Source: the human T2T-CHM13v2.0 reference genome, Homo sapiens
Length of the DNA stretch: 64,000 nucleotides
Reading direction: 5' to 3' (one strand)
Assembly: GCF_009914755.1 (NCBI RefSeq)
Contig: NC_060932.1
Below are positions 41,020 to 57,412 of this stretch, in pieces (position 1 is the stretch's first letter; each line of letters opens with the position of its first letter). The translations under genes were made by a program, and so were the position numbers. Below the pieces are notes generated by a model. The model saw nothing but the letters and a program-made list of their open reading frames with translations, searched no databases and had not been told where the DNA came from.

Positions 41020-41925
41020 CTGAAAAAAAAATCAGAAATGTCTATTAAAAAGTCAATTTTGGAAAAAAAAATCGTATTACAAAGTAACTGAGGATATTAT
41101 TATAAGCCTCCATATACTGACTGATTCTCCTGGGTTTTCTAGGCATACAACCGTATCATTAGCAAATAATAATACTAATTCTATGTTCCTCATATTTGTA
41201 TTTCTTCCCCAGATTGTAGAAAAATAATTCTTCACAAGTAATGCTAGGTTCCAAAATAATGTTAAAAAACAGGTGACAGTTGGCACCTTTTCTTTTTCTT
41301 CTCTGTGTGTACGGTTGGGAAAGACCACTTCTAACTCAGAACATCCTAAACTGTTCTGTGTTCCAACCAGAATCACCTCTCCCCAATCTGATGAATTGAA
41401 GTAAACACAGAGAAACTCAGCCTTCTCTTAGATTAATACCTGCTTAATGAAAAGTTTGCAGCTGACATTCTTAGGAGAGTAATTAGCACAAATCTGAGCA
41501 AGGTAAAAGACTGAAAAAGGAACACACGAAAAATGTTTTTGGTGAAAAGTCCTTGAGTTTGGGAATACTTTTTTACATAAATCACTTTATAGCCAAATAC
41601 TATCTTGTAGTTAATAAAATGTGGGCATAAGTATAGGCCAAAAACATCAAATAAATAAATGCACACAGAAAATTAGTCACTGCTTATGAAAAAAGAGAAA
41701 CCAAAATACAGTTTTACAATATCTGAATATGCCTCACCAAAAAGTAAAGATCTGACTTTATATTCTTGCCTTTGCCTTAAACTAAGTGATAATAAAGTTA
41801 ATTACCCAAGGATTATTATACCAGAATGTTTCTTCTTCAAATATTCTGAATAACTAACAAAAGCTGATAGACAATTTGATTGTTTCCAGGTTTGCACTAT
41901 TATGAACTATGCTTTAAAAACTCCT

Positions 41926-42243
<318 letters not shown>

Positions 42244-42910
42244 TTATACATGTACGTATCTCTCTTACAAGAACAAGAATTTCTCTAGGACAAACTATTC
42301 TAGAACTAGTATTGCTAGGTCAGAAGAATAATTCCTCTTTAAATCTGACAGACACTGGAAAAACATGTTTATACGAATTTACAGTTCTACCAAGTATGTA
42401 CCAAAGTACCATATACCCCACACGTTTAGCAAAATGACATATTCTATTTTTAAAAATGTTTTGCCAATTAGGTAGACAAAAGAGATTTATCACTTCTATT
42501 TAGCATGTCTTTATTTACTGAGATTGAAATCCTTTTCCAATTTTTGGGTTATTTCTATTTCTTTTACTCCAAATTGCCTTGTTTTCCAAATTGCCTCCTT
42601 TATTCATTAATATTTCTTAAGAACTCTACATATTATAAACATGAGCTTATTCGGGGGCATGTATGTTATGTGAGACATGTCATATCCACCTACATCCACA
42701 TTCTTTCTCTCCAATAGTCAGTGTGGTCAGTCTTTTTCATTTTAGTCACTGACGGGTGTGATCTCTTATTGTGGTTTTATGTACACTTCCCTGAAGACAA
42801 ATTTGCTGAACATCTTTTCATGTGATTATTGGCCATTTTTATATCTTCTGTGAAGTATCTGTTCATGTCTTTTGCCCATTAAAAAAAAAAAGTTATAAAA
42901 ATCCCTTTTA

Positions 42911-43224
<314 letters not shown>

Positions 43225-44205
43225 TCAAGTCCTTTGTTAGACATGTGTATTGCTAATATTTTCTTCCAGCCTGTGGTTTGTCTTTTCATTTTCTTAATGG
43301 AACCTTTTAATAAGCAGAAGTTTTAAATTTTAGTCTTCATTAAGTCTAATTTGTTATTTTTGCTTTGTGTTTAGTGCATTTGTTGTCCTAAGATATCTTG
43401 GTGTTTCCAAAGATCTCAACGATGTTCAACTACTTTTTAAGTATTTCAGAGTTTTAGTTTTTACATTTATAGCTGAGATTTATATAAATTTTCGTGTTTT
43501 CAAGTAGAAAATGAGATTCTTCTTTCTTACATTTATCTAGAACATAGAAGATACTAATTTTTGTTCTATCACACAGTTAAATTAGTCTGATGACTATGAA
43601 CTTGAGGAGGTTTGGTTTTACACTTGTTTAAAGTGAGTTTGTTTCTGCTTTGCCCTTAGTCTTAGGGGGAATTCTTAGTTTAAGGACACTGTCTTTACTT
43701 GTAAAGTATGACACACAGAGTTTCATTAAAAATCTCAAGGCATTTATTTATGAAGCCCTATACTCGGTCTCCCCTGTGATGGACAGGATTCAAACTCCAC
43801 ATGCTGCCTCTGCTGTGGGGTGCAGCAGCTGAAATCTTCAGCCTTCCTGCTGTTACTTTCCAGCAGGTTCCTTGGAGTCTTCTTTAAGCACACACAATTC
43901 ATGGGTCAGCTAAGGATTCGAGAATAATTTAAATGCAGTTACTTTCCAGCTTGTGGTTCTCTCCTTTCCAGGAGTTACCTTATTAATTTCCAGTTACTGT
44001 CCCATCCTCAACTGCATCCTGACACCTCAAGCTGACAAGACCACGGTGATCTGCTTGAGTTCCAGTCACTCCACGTTGCACAGACTGGCAAGAATCTTCA
44101 GAGAACTGGTAGGAAACAAGCCTATCTCACGAAGTGTGGTTCCTTCTTTCAGGGGTGGAATACTCTCCAGTTTTTGCCAGTTTTTTATTACTCTCCAGAG
44201 CCTTC

Positions 44206-44357
44206 AAATATCTTTTCCAAACTTAATAGCTCTTGTTTATGGGAGGTCTAGTCCCATTCAAACTAGGGAATCCCTAGTTTGGTTTTAAAATATCTTACCC
44301 AAACTTAATAGCTCTTGTTTATGGGAGGTCTAGTCCCATTCAAACTAGGGAATCCCT
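44206..44357. repeat. Direct duplication, period 82 bp, 59-bp identical core
   Basis: CCAAACTTAATAGC...GGGAATCCCT at 44217-44275 and 44299-44357. Confidence 0.95.
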
Positions 44358-44403
44358 TAATAAACTTTTAGTCCACTAAACATTTAAGATTCATGAAGGC
44401 AAA

Positions 44404-44924
<521 letters not shown>

Positions 44925-46516
44925 TTAGTTTGCTAATTCATTTAGGATTTTTAAATAAGTAAAATTACTTTTTGGTTTTTTAAATGCTTCATAGTACTTT
45001 GTGTAATAAAAGCACTGTTGACATATTTGTGCTCTGTGCCTATTTAGAATATATTGAGTCAGGGAGAGAGTTTCAATTTCTTGATGTTTTTTGGTTTAAT
45101 CAGTGTTTCTTAAACTTTTGACCATTTAAATTTTCTTAGAAATTGATCTTATGTTGATAGTAAAATTTATTACTACAAAGCTCTGTACACAGTACTTTCA
45201 TACAATTTAAAGACATTTTTTCCTATCTGTGATCTTTAAGTTTGCTTTAGACTGCTTAAAACAAACATATAATTAGCAAATAAAGGTTTTCTCTTCCTTC
45301 CTATTTTCTTTATATCACTGATTTCTATCTGTTGCACTGTTGCATTCACTAAGAATTCTACTATAACCAGTAAAAGCACACATTTTTGTCTTGGTCCTTG
45401 GTGCTATAATTAACTTTGACATTAAATTTGCTTTTGAAAATTTTTAAACAGACACCCTTTACCAGGTTAAGGAAATTCCTTTTCTATTCATTTAGTAAAA
45501 CTTGCCTATAAAACTAGTTCTAGAGTCTTAATTTGAATGCTGATTCAATTTCTTCAATGGCTACTGATTTCATCCGTTTTCTAATTCTTCTTGAATCAAT
45601 TTTAGTAATATAAATTTTCTAAAAAATAATCCAATTCATCTACTTGTATAAAAGTATTAACATAAAACTGCTTATAATATTCTCTTATGACATTAAAAAT
45701 TTTGTTTATAACTACAGACACTTTTGCTCTTTTTATCTTCTCTTTTTCTTCAGTTTTGCTTTGAGTTTTATCTATTTTCCTGAGTTTTTCAGAAAGTCAG
45801 CTTTTTGTTTTATTGAATTTTATTGCGTATTTTCCTGGTCTTTACTGCTACTTTAAAATTTACCCTCTAATTCTTTTCCTTAACTCTTGAGTTAAATGCT
45901 GAGCTTATTTATTTTCTAATTTTTAAATCAATGCATTAAAGTTGTAAACTTTTCTAAGTATTCTTTCAATGTATTCTAACAGTTTTAATATGTATTACTT
46001 TCACTATGGTTATTTAAAAAATATTTGGTCCCATTGTGATTTCCTCTTTAATTCAGGAGTTATTTAGGAATATATTTCTAAACATACAGGTTTATTTTTT
46101 TCTTTTATTTTAATTGCATTGTGGTAAGAAAACACAATCTGAATGATGTACAGTCTTTGAAATGTATTAAGAGTTCCTTTGTGATGTGAAACATAATCAA
46201 TTTTTATAAATGTTCCACATGTCTTTGAAAAGAATGTGTATTCTTTGTTGAAATAAGTATTAAAGGTGTGTTAAAAATCTCCCACTGCAACTGTGGATTG
46301 GTCAAATTTGCCGGGCAATTCTCCACATTTTGCTTTGCATGTATTTTAGGCTATGTAATTAAGTAAATGAAATTTACTGCTGGTTTATTTTCCTGGTAGA
46401 ATACCCCAATTGTTACTAGTATTTTGTGCCTTAAGCTCAATTACAATGGATGTTAATCTTCCTACACTAGCTTTCTCTTGATGAGTAGCTCCAAAACTAA
46501 CCTTTTCTATCTCGTT

Positions 46517-46805
46517 TTGTTTTTGTTTATTTTTAAGACTAAGTCTCATTCTTCCACCCAAGCTGGAGTGCAGTGGTGCATTCATGGCTCACTGCAGCCT
46601 CAACCTCCTGGGCTCCGGTAATCCTCCCACCTCAGCCTCCTGAGTAGCTGGGACCACAGGCAACGTGCCATCATGCCCAGCTAGTTTTTTGTATTTTTTG
46701 TAAAGACAGGGTTTCACCACCTTGCCCAGGCTGGTGTCGAATTCCTGAGCCTACCTTGGCCTTCCAAAATGCTAGGATTACAGGCACGAGCCACAGCATC
46801 TGGCC
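46517..46805 (-). mobile_element. Alu (AluJ-like)
   Basis: Diverged reverse dimer with an internal deletion. Confidence 0.88.
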
Positions 46806-46898
46806 CATCTCCTTGTTTTTAGACATTCTGTATTAGTTTTGTTTTAGATGTGTTACAACCTTTCTACTTGGGAGAGAGTTCTCATTTTCCTTCTTTCC

Positions 46899-47200
46899 TT
46901 TTTTTTTTTTTTTTTTTTTTTGAGACAGGGTTTCACTCTGTTGCCTAGGCTGGAGCACAGTGGCATGATCTTGGCTCTGTAACCTCCACCTCCTGGGTTC
47001 AAGCAGTTATCATGCCTCAGCCTCCTGAGTAGCTAGGATTATAGGCGCGTGCCACCATGCCCAGCTAATTTTTGTATTTTTAGTAGAGATGAGGTTTCGC
47101 TATGTTGGCCAGGCTGGTCTCAAACTCCTGACCTCAAGTGATCTGCCTGCCTCAGCCTCCCAAAGTGCTGGGATTACAGGCGTGAGCCACCACATCTAGC
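46899..47200 (-). mobile_element. Alu (AluS)
   Basis: Reverse dimer after a T-tract. Confidence 0.94.
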
Positions 47201-50200
47201 TTCCTGTCTTTTTTGAATATATTTTTAAAGTTCCTTTTCCTCTGTTAACTGCTCAATATTACTCCTATTTTTAATCAGTGGCTACCTTTTGATATTTTAA
47301 CTGAAATGCTGAAACACACTTTTTTTCTAACAAAGTCCAAGTAAGAATATTCGGTGTTTCTCCTGTCCCCTCAAAAATCACAAATAGGGTAGAAACAATT
47401 TAAAGCTTTATTTTCACTAACCTTTTACTAAAATTTAGCATTTCCTACACTTATAAACAACAAACCATGACAGTATTTATAGCACTGGCCACTCCACCAC
47501 TATTCAAAATTAGAGATATTTTTATGTTACATTTCAGTTTTTACAGATATCTAAAAATACTATTTACACGTAAAATTTTTTCTTTGAAATTAACCACTTG
47601 ATTTTGCTAATGTGTTCATAAATAAGCATATATTACATTACAAATATTAAAAAATATCTGATAGCTGTACTTTAACATAATTGGTTCCCTTTGTAATGCT
47701 ATGTATTTTTTTTAATGAATTTAAACACATTATTCTGGGAAAGAATACATAGGTTTTACCAGAATACTAGGTGGCCGTGGCATAAAGAAAGTTAAGAAAT
47801 AATTCCTGACAGAATACATCTTAAAATGCCTGGAGTAAATTTGAGTTCCAACTTAATTTTGTTTGGCTGTTTTTCTCAGCATTCAATTTTTTCACACATT
47901 CTGGAATTTTGGTTTACAGGTTTATTTTATGGAAGTTTTTTGGTTTTCTCTCTTTTTTTTAATCCTCTCTTCTTCTATGTTCCCCTACTTGGGTCTACAT
48001 TCCAGAACAAGTCTTAAATGATGGTTCAGAGTATTACAGATCCTTTCATGGAGTCAGCAGGTGACATAGTTATTCATGTTTGTTAGGTTATGCCCTCTCA
48101 GCTCTCTAAGCTCTCAGCCCCATATAAATTCAGGCTGTGGTTGGTGGAAGATTTTTCAGCCTCCTGTCTGGAGCAAAATTGCCCGTCCCTAGTCCTTGGC
48201 TTCAAGCAGGGTGCTGGTATTCAATCCTCTCTTCCCCATGGATAAGGTGGCCTTTGTTGATTATAGTGGGTTCCAAGGGAGAGGAATGAAGTAAAAATGC
48301 CTTTATTTCACCATCTTAAGCAAGTTTTATACAGACAGTTCTCAGTATTGTTTTTACTCCGTAACTTTAGTTTCCCTCTTCTATCCAGATTTTAAAAAAT
48401 CATGTTTCTAATTCCATTTTACTAAGAATTTAAAATTTTTATTTTAAATTCAGGAATGAATGCTGATTTTCTTTTTTACCAAGATGCTTCAAAGCATCTG
48501 TGTACACTAGATAATCATATACTTTTTCTTTTGACTTGTTTACATGGTAAGTTAATTTAATATTTCCTAATACTGACTCATTTGTATGTCTAAAAGAGCT
48601 ACATTTAATTATGCATATGATTCTTTTGAATCATTTAAGATTATGCAATGATAATCATATGTAAAACTTGTCTTTGTGTATATGCAGGTGTGTCATCTTT
48701 TTAAAGTTATGGTATTACCATGATAATGACTTCAGTAAAGAATCTGAACAATTACTAAAATCACCTTCTGATCTGTATACATCGAAATTCATTGCTCCCT
48801 TCTAAAATTCAGGAAATTTTCCTTTAGCTGTAGGGCTCACTTCAATTTTATTCTGCATTTCAGTATTGTGCTTGGTTTTTAGTGTATCTTAACCTCATGA
48901 AATCTCAAGGATGCAATACATTATCAAAACCAGATGGCAGTATTTCATGTAATCTCCTCTGTGCTGGTAAGATTTTCAAGTTTTACAAAACTGAGCTATA
49001 AGTTGTAAGTTAAATTTTTAGGTTAAAAGGTGAAGGTCTCTATAAATTCTAGTTTTATGCTAAAAAACTCCCAATATGTGGTAAAAATGTTATTTTGTAA
49101 ACATACTTAGTCACACTACAAGTAACAGAAAATAGGTATATTATTTACATTTAAACACTGACCCTGTTACAGAAAGATAACCTTAATGGTGCATTCTACC
49201 ACTCAATCAGGCAAGAGAAAAACACTGCATGGAGGAGGAGAACAACAGCTTTTGTATGTGCCAAGCTCTGGGGTTCCAGAAGAGGTAATGTAGGGTAGAG
49301 GAAAATAAAAGGAAAACAAACTATGGCCCTTGTTTGTGGTTTCCACCAAAAAAAGGAGATAGATGACAGTTATGCTTCTCAAGAGAGATTGGTTTCCTCA
49401 TCAGTTAATAAATACAAAAAAGGAAGATGAAAAAAGATGAGAAAGTAGGCTAAATGTATAAGTCTTATTTTAAAAACATAAAATGAAGGAATTTGAGTTT
49501 ATGATCTCCAAAGTCTCTTCTAAATCTAAAATTCTATGCCTCCTACCCATACAATGTTACACATGAAAACATGTTGAAGGTGCCTTTGTGCTACACTGTC
49601 TCTGTGATGGAAATGACATTCTTATTTGTGTTTTGTTCCAACTGCAGTTCTTCATTCGGGCTATTTTTTTTTCCCCTGTAGGTAAATATTTTTTTCCTAA
49701 TGGCCTTGATAGAATTTTCCTAAGCAAGCAGTATCTAGTTCTACTAAATATATTCTTTACAATCTTATTCCCGTACTGTTTTTCTCTGCAAGTAATTTGC
49801 TAAATGTTTTAAAATTTAATCTTAACCTTCCTTATTTATATGTCACATTCATTCTTAGAATCTTAAACTTACAGCTATTTCCCCTAGGAATGCCTTTCAT
49901 TTGTATTCTTAACAAATGTTCTTTTGTTTCGAAGTTATAAACAAAGATTTTTCTAGATATAGTATTTCTCCATTATCAGTTTGTTTCAAGTTTTATACAT
50001 ACATACACATATACAGACAGGCATGACAAATTGTGTTTTAACTCATTTAGGTAGAAGGCTCTACTAATGAGACAAAGGTTAAGAGCTAGATATCCAAGTG
50101 AATTAATGAGTTTTGTTTATTTGTTTGTTCCACTGCCAAAGGTTAGTCTTGACCCTAATAGGCTATTTTGCAAATGTCTATATTTTGTTAAAAAGTAGCT

Positions 50201-50437
50201 TAGAAGAATATAGATGATTCAATGCAAATACATTACCACCCTTAGAAAATACTCAAAACACATACCAGATGGGCTGTTACTCTTACTCTTAAGATGACAC
50301 CAATAGCTAATAGCTGTTCTTTATTACATCTCCTGAAAAGCCTTCTTTTTATATTACTGCATGTTAAGTAATAATAAATGAAAATGGAATTTATGTTTTG
50401 TAATAAATTATATAGTAATACAGAAAGGTAGAATTAC

Positions 50438-50573
50438 CTTATAGTAATGATTTCGCCTGGGTTTGCCCTTATGAACCAGCTACAGTTGATTTTTGCAGGA
50501 TATTCAGAAGGCCAGCCTGGGCTTGTGATTATGCCACTTGGTGCTCGTATTTGCTCTGGAGTCTCTCCACAAG
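50438..50573 (-). CDS. LRP12: LDL receptor-related protein 12, exon (probably 3), N-terminal half of CUB1
   Basis: cttccag|CTTGT...ATAAG|gtaatt; 136 nt. Reads CGETPEQIRAPSGIITSPGWPSEYPAKINCSWFIRANPGEIITI(S), with the CUB signature TSPGWPSEYP...NCSW. Not in the ORF track. Confidence 0.95.
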
Positions 50574-50781
50574 CTGGAAGATAGCCAAAGCAATCTTTCC
50601 TTATTATTACACATTTAAATGGTATTAGGTAAATCAGTGTTTATTTTTTAAAAACCAAAAAACTTTACACATCAAATAATAACCAATAAGATATGGTAGT
50701 ATCAACTTTAAAAAGCTATTATTCTAATGAGATATTTCAATTTTCTCCCTTTTAGATAAAGTCCCTTATTCCAATAAAATA

Positions 50782-51464
50782 CAGTAGCCCCACTTATCGG
50801 ACATTTTGCTTTTCATTGTTCAGTTACTTGGAGCCAACAGTGGTCTGAAAATAGTAAATGGAAAATTCTGGAAATAAATAATTCTTAAGTTTTAAATTGT
50901 GTGCTGTTCTGAGTAGTGATGACATCTCTTGCTGTGCTGCTCTGTCCCTCCCGGGACATGAATCTTCCCTTTGTCCAGTGTATCCACGCTGTGTATGCTA
51001 CCCACCCATTAGTTACTTAGTAGCCATCTCACTTATCAGATCAACTGTCACAGTATTGAAGTGCTTGTGTTCAAGTCACCCTTATTTTGCCATTATGAAT
51101 GGCCTTGAAGCACAAAAGTAGTGATGCTGGTAATTCGGATATGTCAAAGAGAAGCTGTAAAGTGCTTCCATTAAGTGAAAAGGTGAAAGTTCTCAACAAT
51201 AGAAAAAAAATCGTATGCTGAGGTGTCTGAGCTCTAAGGTAAGAATGAATCTTATATCCATGAAATTATGAAGAAGGAAAAAGAAATTCATGCTAGTTTT
51301 GCTGTGATACCTCAAACTGCAAAAGTTAATGGCCGCAGTACCTAAGTGCTTAGTTAAGATGGAAAAGGCATTAAACTGGACAGCAATCAGGTTTGGTACT
51401 CTGCAGTTTCAGGCATTCACTGAGGGTCTTGAAGGTATCCCTCATAGATAAGGAGGGACTACTG
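50782..51464 (+). mobile_element. MER44/Tigger7 element with both ends
   Basis: TA|CAGTAGCCCCACTTATC ... GATAAGGAGGGACTACTG|TA (TIRs plus TA TSD). Confidence 0.88.
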
Positions 51465-52528
51465 TACATGTTTTGGGCAGGCAAGGAAATTTCAAACTGG
51501 ATCACTGAATAAGAGTTCAAGATTACTGGCTTTGGCCATGGAGACTGATCTATCCATCCACCCATCTTTTTTCAAAACTCATCTTTCAAGTTTATTTTCT
51601 TTATCATAAACTACCTTTCCAATATTTGCTTACCTACTTTGTTTAGATCCTTAGGAGCATAATGCTGCTTTTAGGGTACTCTAAATAAGCCTAACAGTAA
51701 GATGCTGGATTGTAATTTTTGTTAAGAAGTTAGTGGATGATTGAATAAAGATAGTAAAACACTCAAAATCACTGCAAAGCAGTTCTTCAATTTATTCCTT
51801 TAATACTTCCAAGCTATTTATTACAGGGTTATGAATGATTCCTACATTATTTAAAAGTAAAATTTTGAAATAGTGCTTAAAATATCACCATGTGATTAGA
51901 CATCTGCATATCACAGAGGAAAATCTTCATGCATATAGAATAAATTAAAACTAATACCAACACTTTCCTGGATTATTCTTGCACTATCTGGAACTCTCGT
52001 TGCAATATAGTTAACATTATCCAGAATTCAGTTGATAATGTGACAATTTATTCTCTCTCAATCAAATACGTGATGTTTAAGACTTTAGTAGAATTTAAAA
52101 TTCTAGAACGTCTTATTTAATACAATTTCAACAAATTAGATTACTTGATTTTAAAGTAACAGCAGATTAGAAGCAGAAAATTAGAAGTGGGGAGAGTAGC
52201 TGCCAGGGGTACATAAACAGTTATCAGAAGTGACGAGTAAATTTTCAGAAAAACAAACACTACATACTAAACTCAAAAACCATGAGCTCATAATTTATAT
52301 ATTGCCTGTCTCTCAAAAGGTAAGACTGTTGTATTATATCATCATAATAAATTAATATTCATACTGATCTAAGAGTTGTTGAGTGAATAATGAATCAGTA
52401 TAGGCAAAATGACTGGTATAAAACACGGCCTGCACTCCCATGCTTTTTAAGTTCTGCTGTAGTTTAAAAATCAGGTAACCCAAGAGATGGCCAAATACCA
52501 CTATTACAATTGTAATTTGGAAAAATGA

Positions 52529-52836
<308 letters not shown>

Positions 52837-52838
52837 CA

Positions 52839-53010
52839 TTTTTTTTTTTTTAAGAGATGAGATCTCACTATGTTGCCCAGGCTGGAGTGCAGTGGCTATT
52901 CACAGGCACTAGCATAGGACACTACAGCCTTGAATTCTTGGGCGCAGGTGATCCTCTTGCCTCAGCTTCCTGAGTAGCTGGGACTACAAAGAGCATGCCA
53001 CCATGCATGG
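52839..53010 (-). mobile_element. Fossil Alu monomer (FAM/FLAM-like)
   Basis: Retains the 7SL-like segment gtgcagtggctattcacaggc. Confidence 0.7.
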
Positions 53011-53552
53011 CAACTTTTTTTTGTTTTTGTTTTTGTTTTCCGTAACAGGGGTTATACACTTTTCAATTTAGGTTAAGAATGCTAGGAAGTATATTATGTA
53101 ATTTAAAGAATTTTATCCATAATGATCAAAATAAAACAAGCTATATTACTTAAAGTCAATCCTTATTTCTATAGAATAACCTACTCCCTGAAGAAAACAT
53201 GCAATCAAAGCTTTAAAAGTATATTCTACTGCAGAAAAAAAAGTTCATATCGAAAAATGGGTCTGCCCTGGAATTAGGGTGCACTGCCAAAGGGCATCTG
53301 TTTTGAATCGCTTTCAGAACAGATTCATGGCATACAGCACAGATATATCAAGGGCTTAGCATTCATCTCATTGCCAAGGCATAGTCAAAGCTTCTTTTTT
53401 TCTTTTTTTTTTTGCTGCTGTTTCGTTAGTAAATCTCCCTTACAAAAAAGTTTTAATTTTAATAAATGACGTTTTAGAAAAAGACTATATGTATCCAAAT
53501 GTAATTCTTTAAGAGTTTATTAATAATAAACTGCCAGTTTTCTTCCACTTTA

Positions 53553-53908
<356 letters not shown>

Positions 53909-55923
53909 TCATCACCCTTTCCCCAGAATATGGAAAATTGTTCATTTTTATTAAAAGATTCACCTACGTTAAAGAGACTAATACAATTTTGAGTTAAATT
54001 ACATTTAACTCAATTATAATTCTGTACTACCATGTAAGTACTCAACTATTTATTAAATGGTTTAACAGCAGTGACATACAGCCAAAAACAAGGTGGGATT
54101 AATCTAGGACAAAGAACATTCCTAACCTTTGACTAAATCGATAGAATAATTATAGGGAAAAACTAGAAAGAATTTTATTAGGTTTTGTTTTAGGAAAAAA
54201 ATTTCAAGTACATGAGAAACCCATAGGTGGTGCTCTTATACCAATAACTGAAGATTCTAGTATGGTACTCAAAAATACATTTTGTGAATATTTTATTTTC
54301 ATGCAACGGCCCAGGGATAAGACATACCACCCATAAATAAGAATGACTATTATGAGATTCAATATTTATATTTCTAATTCAATATGTACTTTTATAACAT
54401 TATTTTAAAATATTAATGATTCTTCCTAATCAAAAACAAAACCATAGTATCTTAAAATTTCTTCCTGAATTGGTTATAAATATATATATTGATTTAGTTA
54501 TGCACATTTCCAACATGACTGAATTTGGAATCTGGCTTCAGATCTAGCCAGTGGCTTTTTTTCAACCTATTTCTGCATGTACAACACACTGAGTATGTAG
54601 ACAAATATGCTGTAGCACAGCCATAATGTATTCCTTTCTATATCTAAGAAAGAATACATTTCAAAAGCCAAAAGAAACCATTAAAGCAATTTTTAACTCC
54701 CTTTTGGGTTAAGAGTTTGCCTATGTATACTGGCAGATTTGGTATCAGAAGACCTAGATGCTGTCTGTTCTACCTGCCACTTACTGGCTTTGCACAATAT
54801 AAACTACTAAATTTTTGGGGGCGCTATTAATAATTTCCTCATGTGTTGAAATACGGAGTTGCTATTTGATTACCTCTAAGGTCTATTTCAGCCCTCAATC
54901 ATGCACCTCTTCCCACTATATTTCTGATAGCTCAATGGGATACATTGATAAATTTTTCATTTTCTTCCTTTGCATTTTTTCTCTGACCCACTGAAATAGA
55001 CTTTCAATTCTGACCTTATCTCCACAGAAACCATGCTAGCAGGAAAAGGCCATCAGTGACCTCACCGCTAAATCCAATGGACACTCATTCCCAAGGTACT
55101 TGATCTTTCTGGAGCACCTGACACTGACTACCCAGACTTGGAACTGTACTACCCAGACTTTGTGGACATCACCTCCTCTAATTCTCCTTCTAACTCTATT
55201 CTGTGTTAATTTTCTAGCACTAGATCCTCTGTCCTTGGCCAGCCAGCCAGCCAGTCCTTGATACTGGTTTCATGGTTAATTCCAAAGCCCTCTGCTCTTC
55301 TCACTCTCAATGGAAGATTTCATCCACTTTTACAATTTCAACTATGGTCATGAGTTTAAAATTTTTAACCCAGAGGCTTTGCATAGTCAAATGCCCACTG
55401 GACATTCTAACCTCAAATTCAACATGATCAGACCTGTGTGTTTCCCAAATCCGTCTTCAGAATATCCTATATTCTGAATCTACATCATCTCAGGCAGCAT
55501 TTGTTTGATGGAATAGGTACTGAAGTAAAAAGAAATTGAAGAATACTACAGGCGTTTTCAAGAATTTTCAAGGACAGGAAATAAGTTAGGCCTCACAGAG
55601 ATTAAAACCGGAAATTTCAGTCAGAAATTGAGCCTGCCTTCACCACTTCTTAGGGAACCAAGGCCTGTTTTATCTCTTACACATCTGCCCCAACCTTCCA
55701 AAGGAACTCCTCTGGGTCTTCCATTTTTTCATTATTTCAGTGCTTTATAAATGGCTTCCCAGTCCCAACTTATCATTAATACTTCAGCTCCAGTACCTAC
55801 TATAACCTGTAATTTCATTTTTCCTAGTTTATCATATTTATATTACTGTTACTCATTTTACATTATAGATTTGAGGTGGCTTATTATTATAATATTGATA
55901 AAACAGATAAAACTTAAGTCTCC

Positions 55924-56218
55924 GGCCAAGTGTGGTGACTCACGCATGTAATCCCAGCACTTTGGGAGGCCGAGGCGGGTGGATAATGAGATCAGGAGTT
56001 CAAGACCAGCCTGGCCAATATGGTGAAACCCCGTCTCTACTTAAAAAAAAAAAAAAAAAAATTAGCCAGGCGTGGTGGTGCGCACCTGTAGTCCCAGCTA
56101 CTCAGGAGGCTGAGGTGAGCTGAGATCGTGCCACTGACTCCAGCCTGGGCAACAGAGCAAGACTTTGTCTCAAAAAAAATGACAGAAAAAACAACAACAA
56201 AAGAAAAACAAAAAAACC
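55924..56218 (+). mobile_element. Alu (AluS) with right-arm internal deletion
   Basis: ggctgagg joined directly to tgagctgag at ~56116. TSD AAGTCTC. Confidence 0.9.
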
Positions 56219-57412
56219 AAGTCTCAATTTCCTCACTTGTAAATGGGGATTAAAATACTAGTACACAGGATGTTCCAAGGATTACATGCAATTATTTTGG
56301 TAAAAGACATAGCACACTGCTTGTATTACAGTAAACTGTCAGTAAACAATATTACATGATATGCCAAATCAGACTGGTTGGTAGTAATGCCTGGAATGCT
56401 GTATTGAGATGGCTACTAAGGCTGTGTTCAGGCTAAGTGAGAAAGAGGACAGTGACTGAAAGAGGATGTGTGATTGTTTACTTTGTAAGTGCTGGGCACT
56501 ATTATGCACTCGAAAGAATGAGAAATTATGTCATGATTAACTGGTTACCTGACACAGATAAAAGCCATGGGAAGGATAGGGTTGGGACACATACTCACAA
56601 AACTTCACTTTAGGAAATAAATATTTGTTTGAAATCAAAATCTTTACATGGTTTGAACTTCATCTTTCTATATTTTGACTATCCTCCCAGTTTAAAATAC
56701 ATCAAACTTGACCTTCTTTTGCTTACATTCATTCTATTCATACCTTTTCTATTGCTTAAACATAGTTATTTCAGCTATGGTCTGGCTAATTCTTCCTTAA
56801 GAATTAGTTTATATGTAATTGGCAAATAAATAAATCTTGTCAGTACAATGCAAAATTATGTAAGATCTTATTCCCAGCATGCTAATGATTTGAAATAACC
56901 AGAGGTAGAAGTTTTCAGAGTTTAAGAAAAAATATGAAAACCCTATAGAAGCTGCCTTTCTTTATTGCAAAATGTGGTTACTTTTTTTGGCTAAAATTAC
57001 TGCTTGGTTTTTGTCTCTATTAAGCTATCTTGGGAAGGTGCAAAATGCAGATGGAAATATGAAGACATCACACCACTATGAAAACAAAACAATTTAATTG
57101 ATGAGGGATATCCCTGAAGTGTATTTTTAGTTTTGATTAAATTGGTCTCCATTAAAAGCAAATACCTTTAAGTGGGGGAGCATGAACCTATGCATATATG
57201 GCTGCAGAATATAGACTGATTGTAATTGTAAATGTCCACAGGTATTTGACTGTGGTAGTATTTGGATTGATATTTTATTTGCTAGGGTTATACTTAAAAG
57301 GTATGTAGTTGTAAGTGATCTATGCCAACACTTCTCTCAGAAGCCTTGTTAGTCTTTGTTCATTTTGCTTCCTTAATACATCTCTTAATTACTTGCATCA
57401 ATGTTTTAAATT

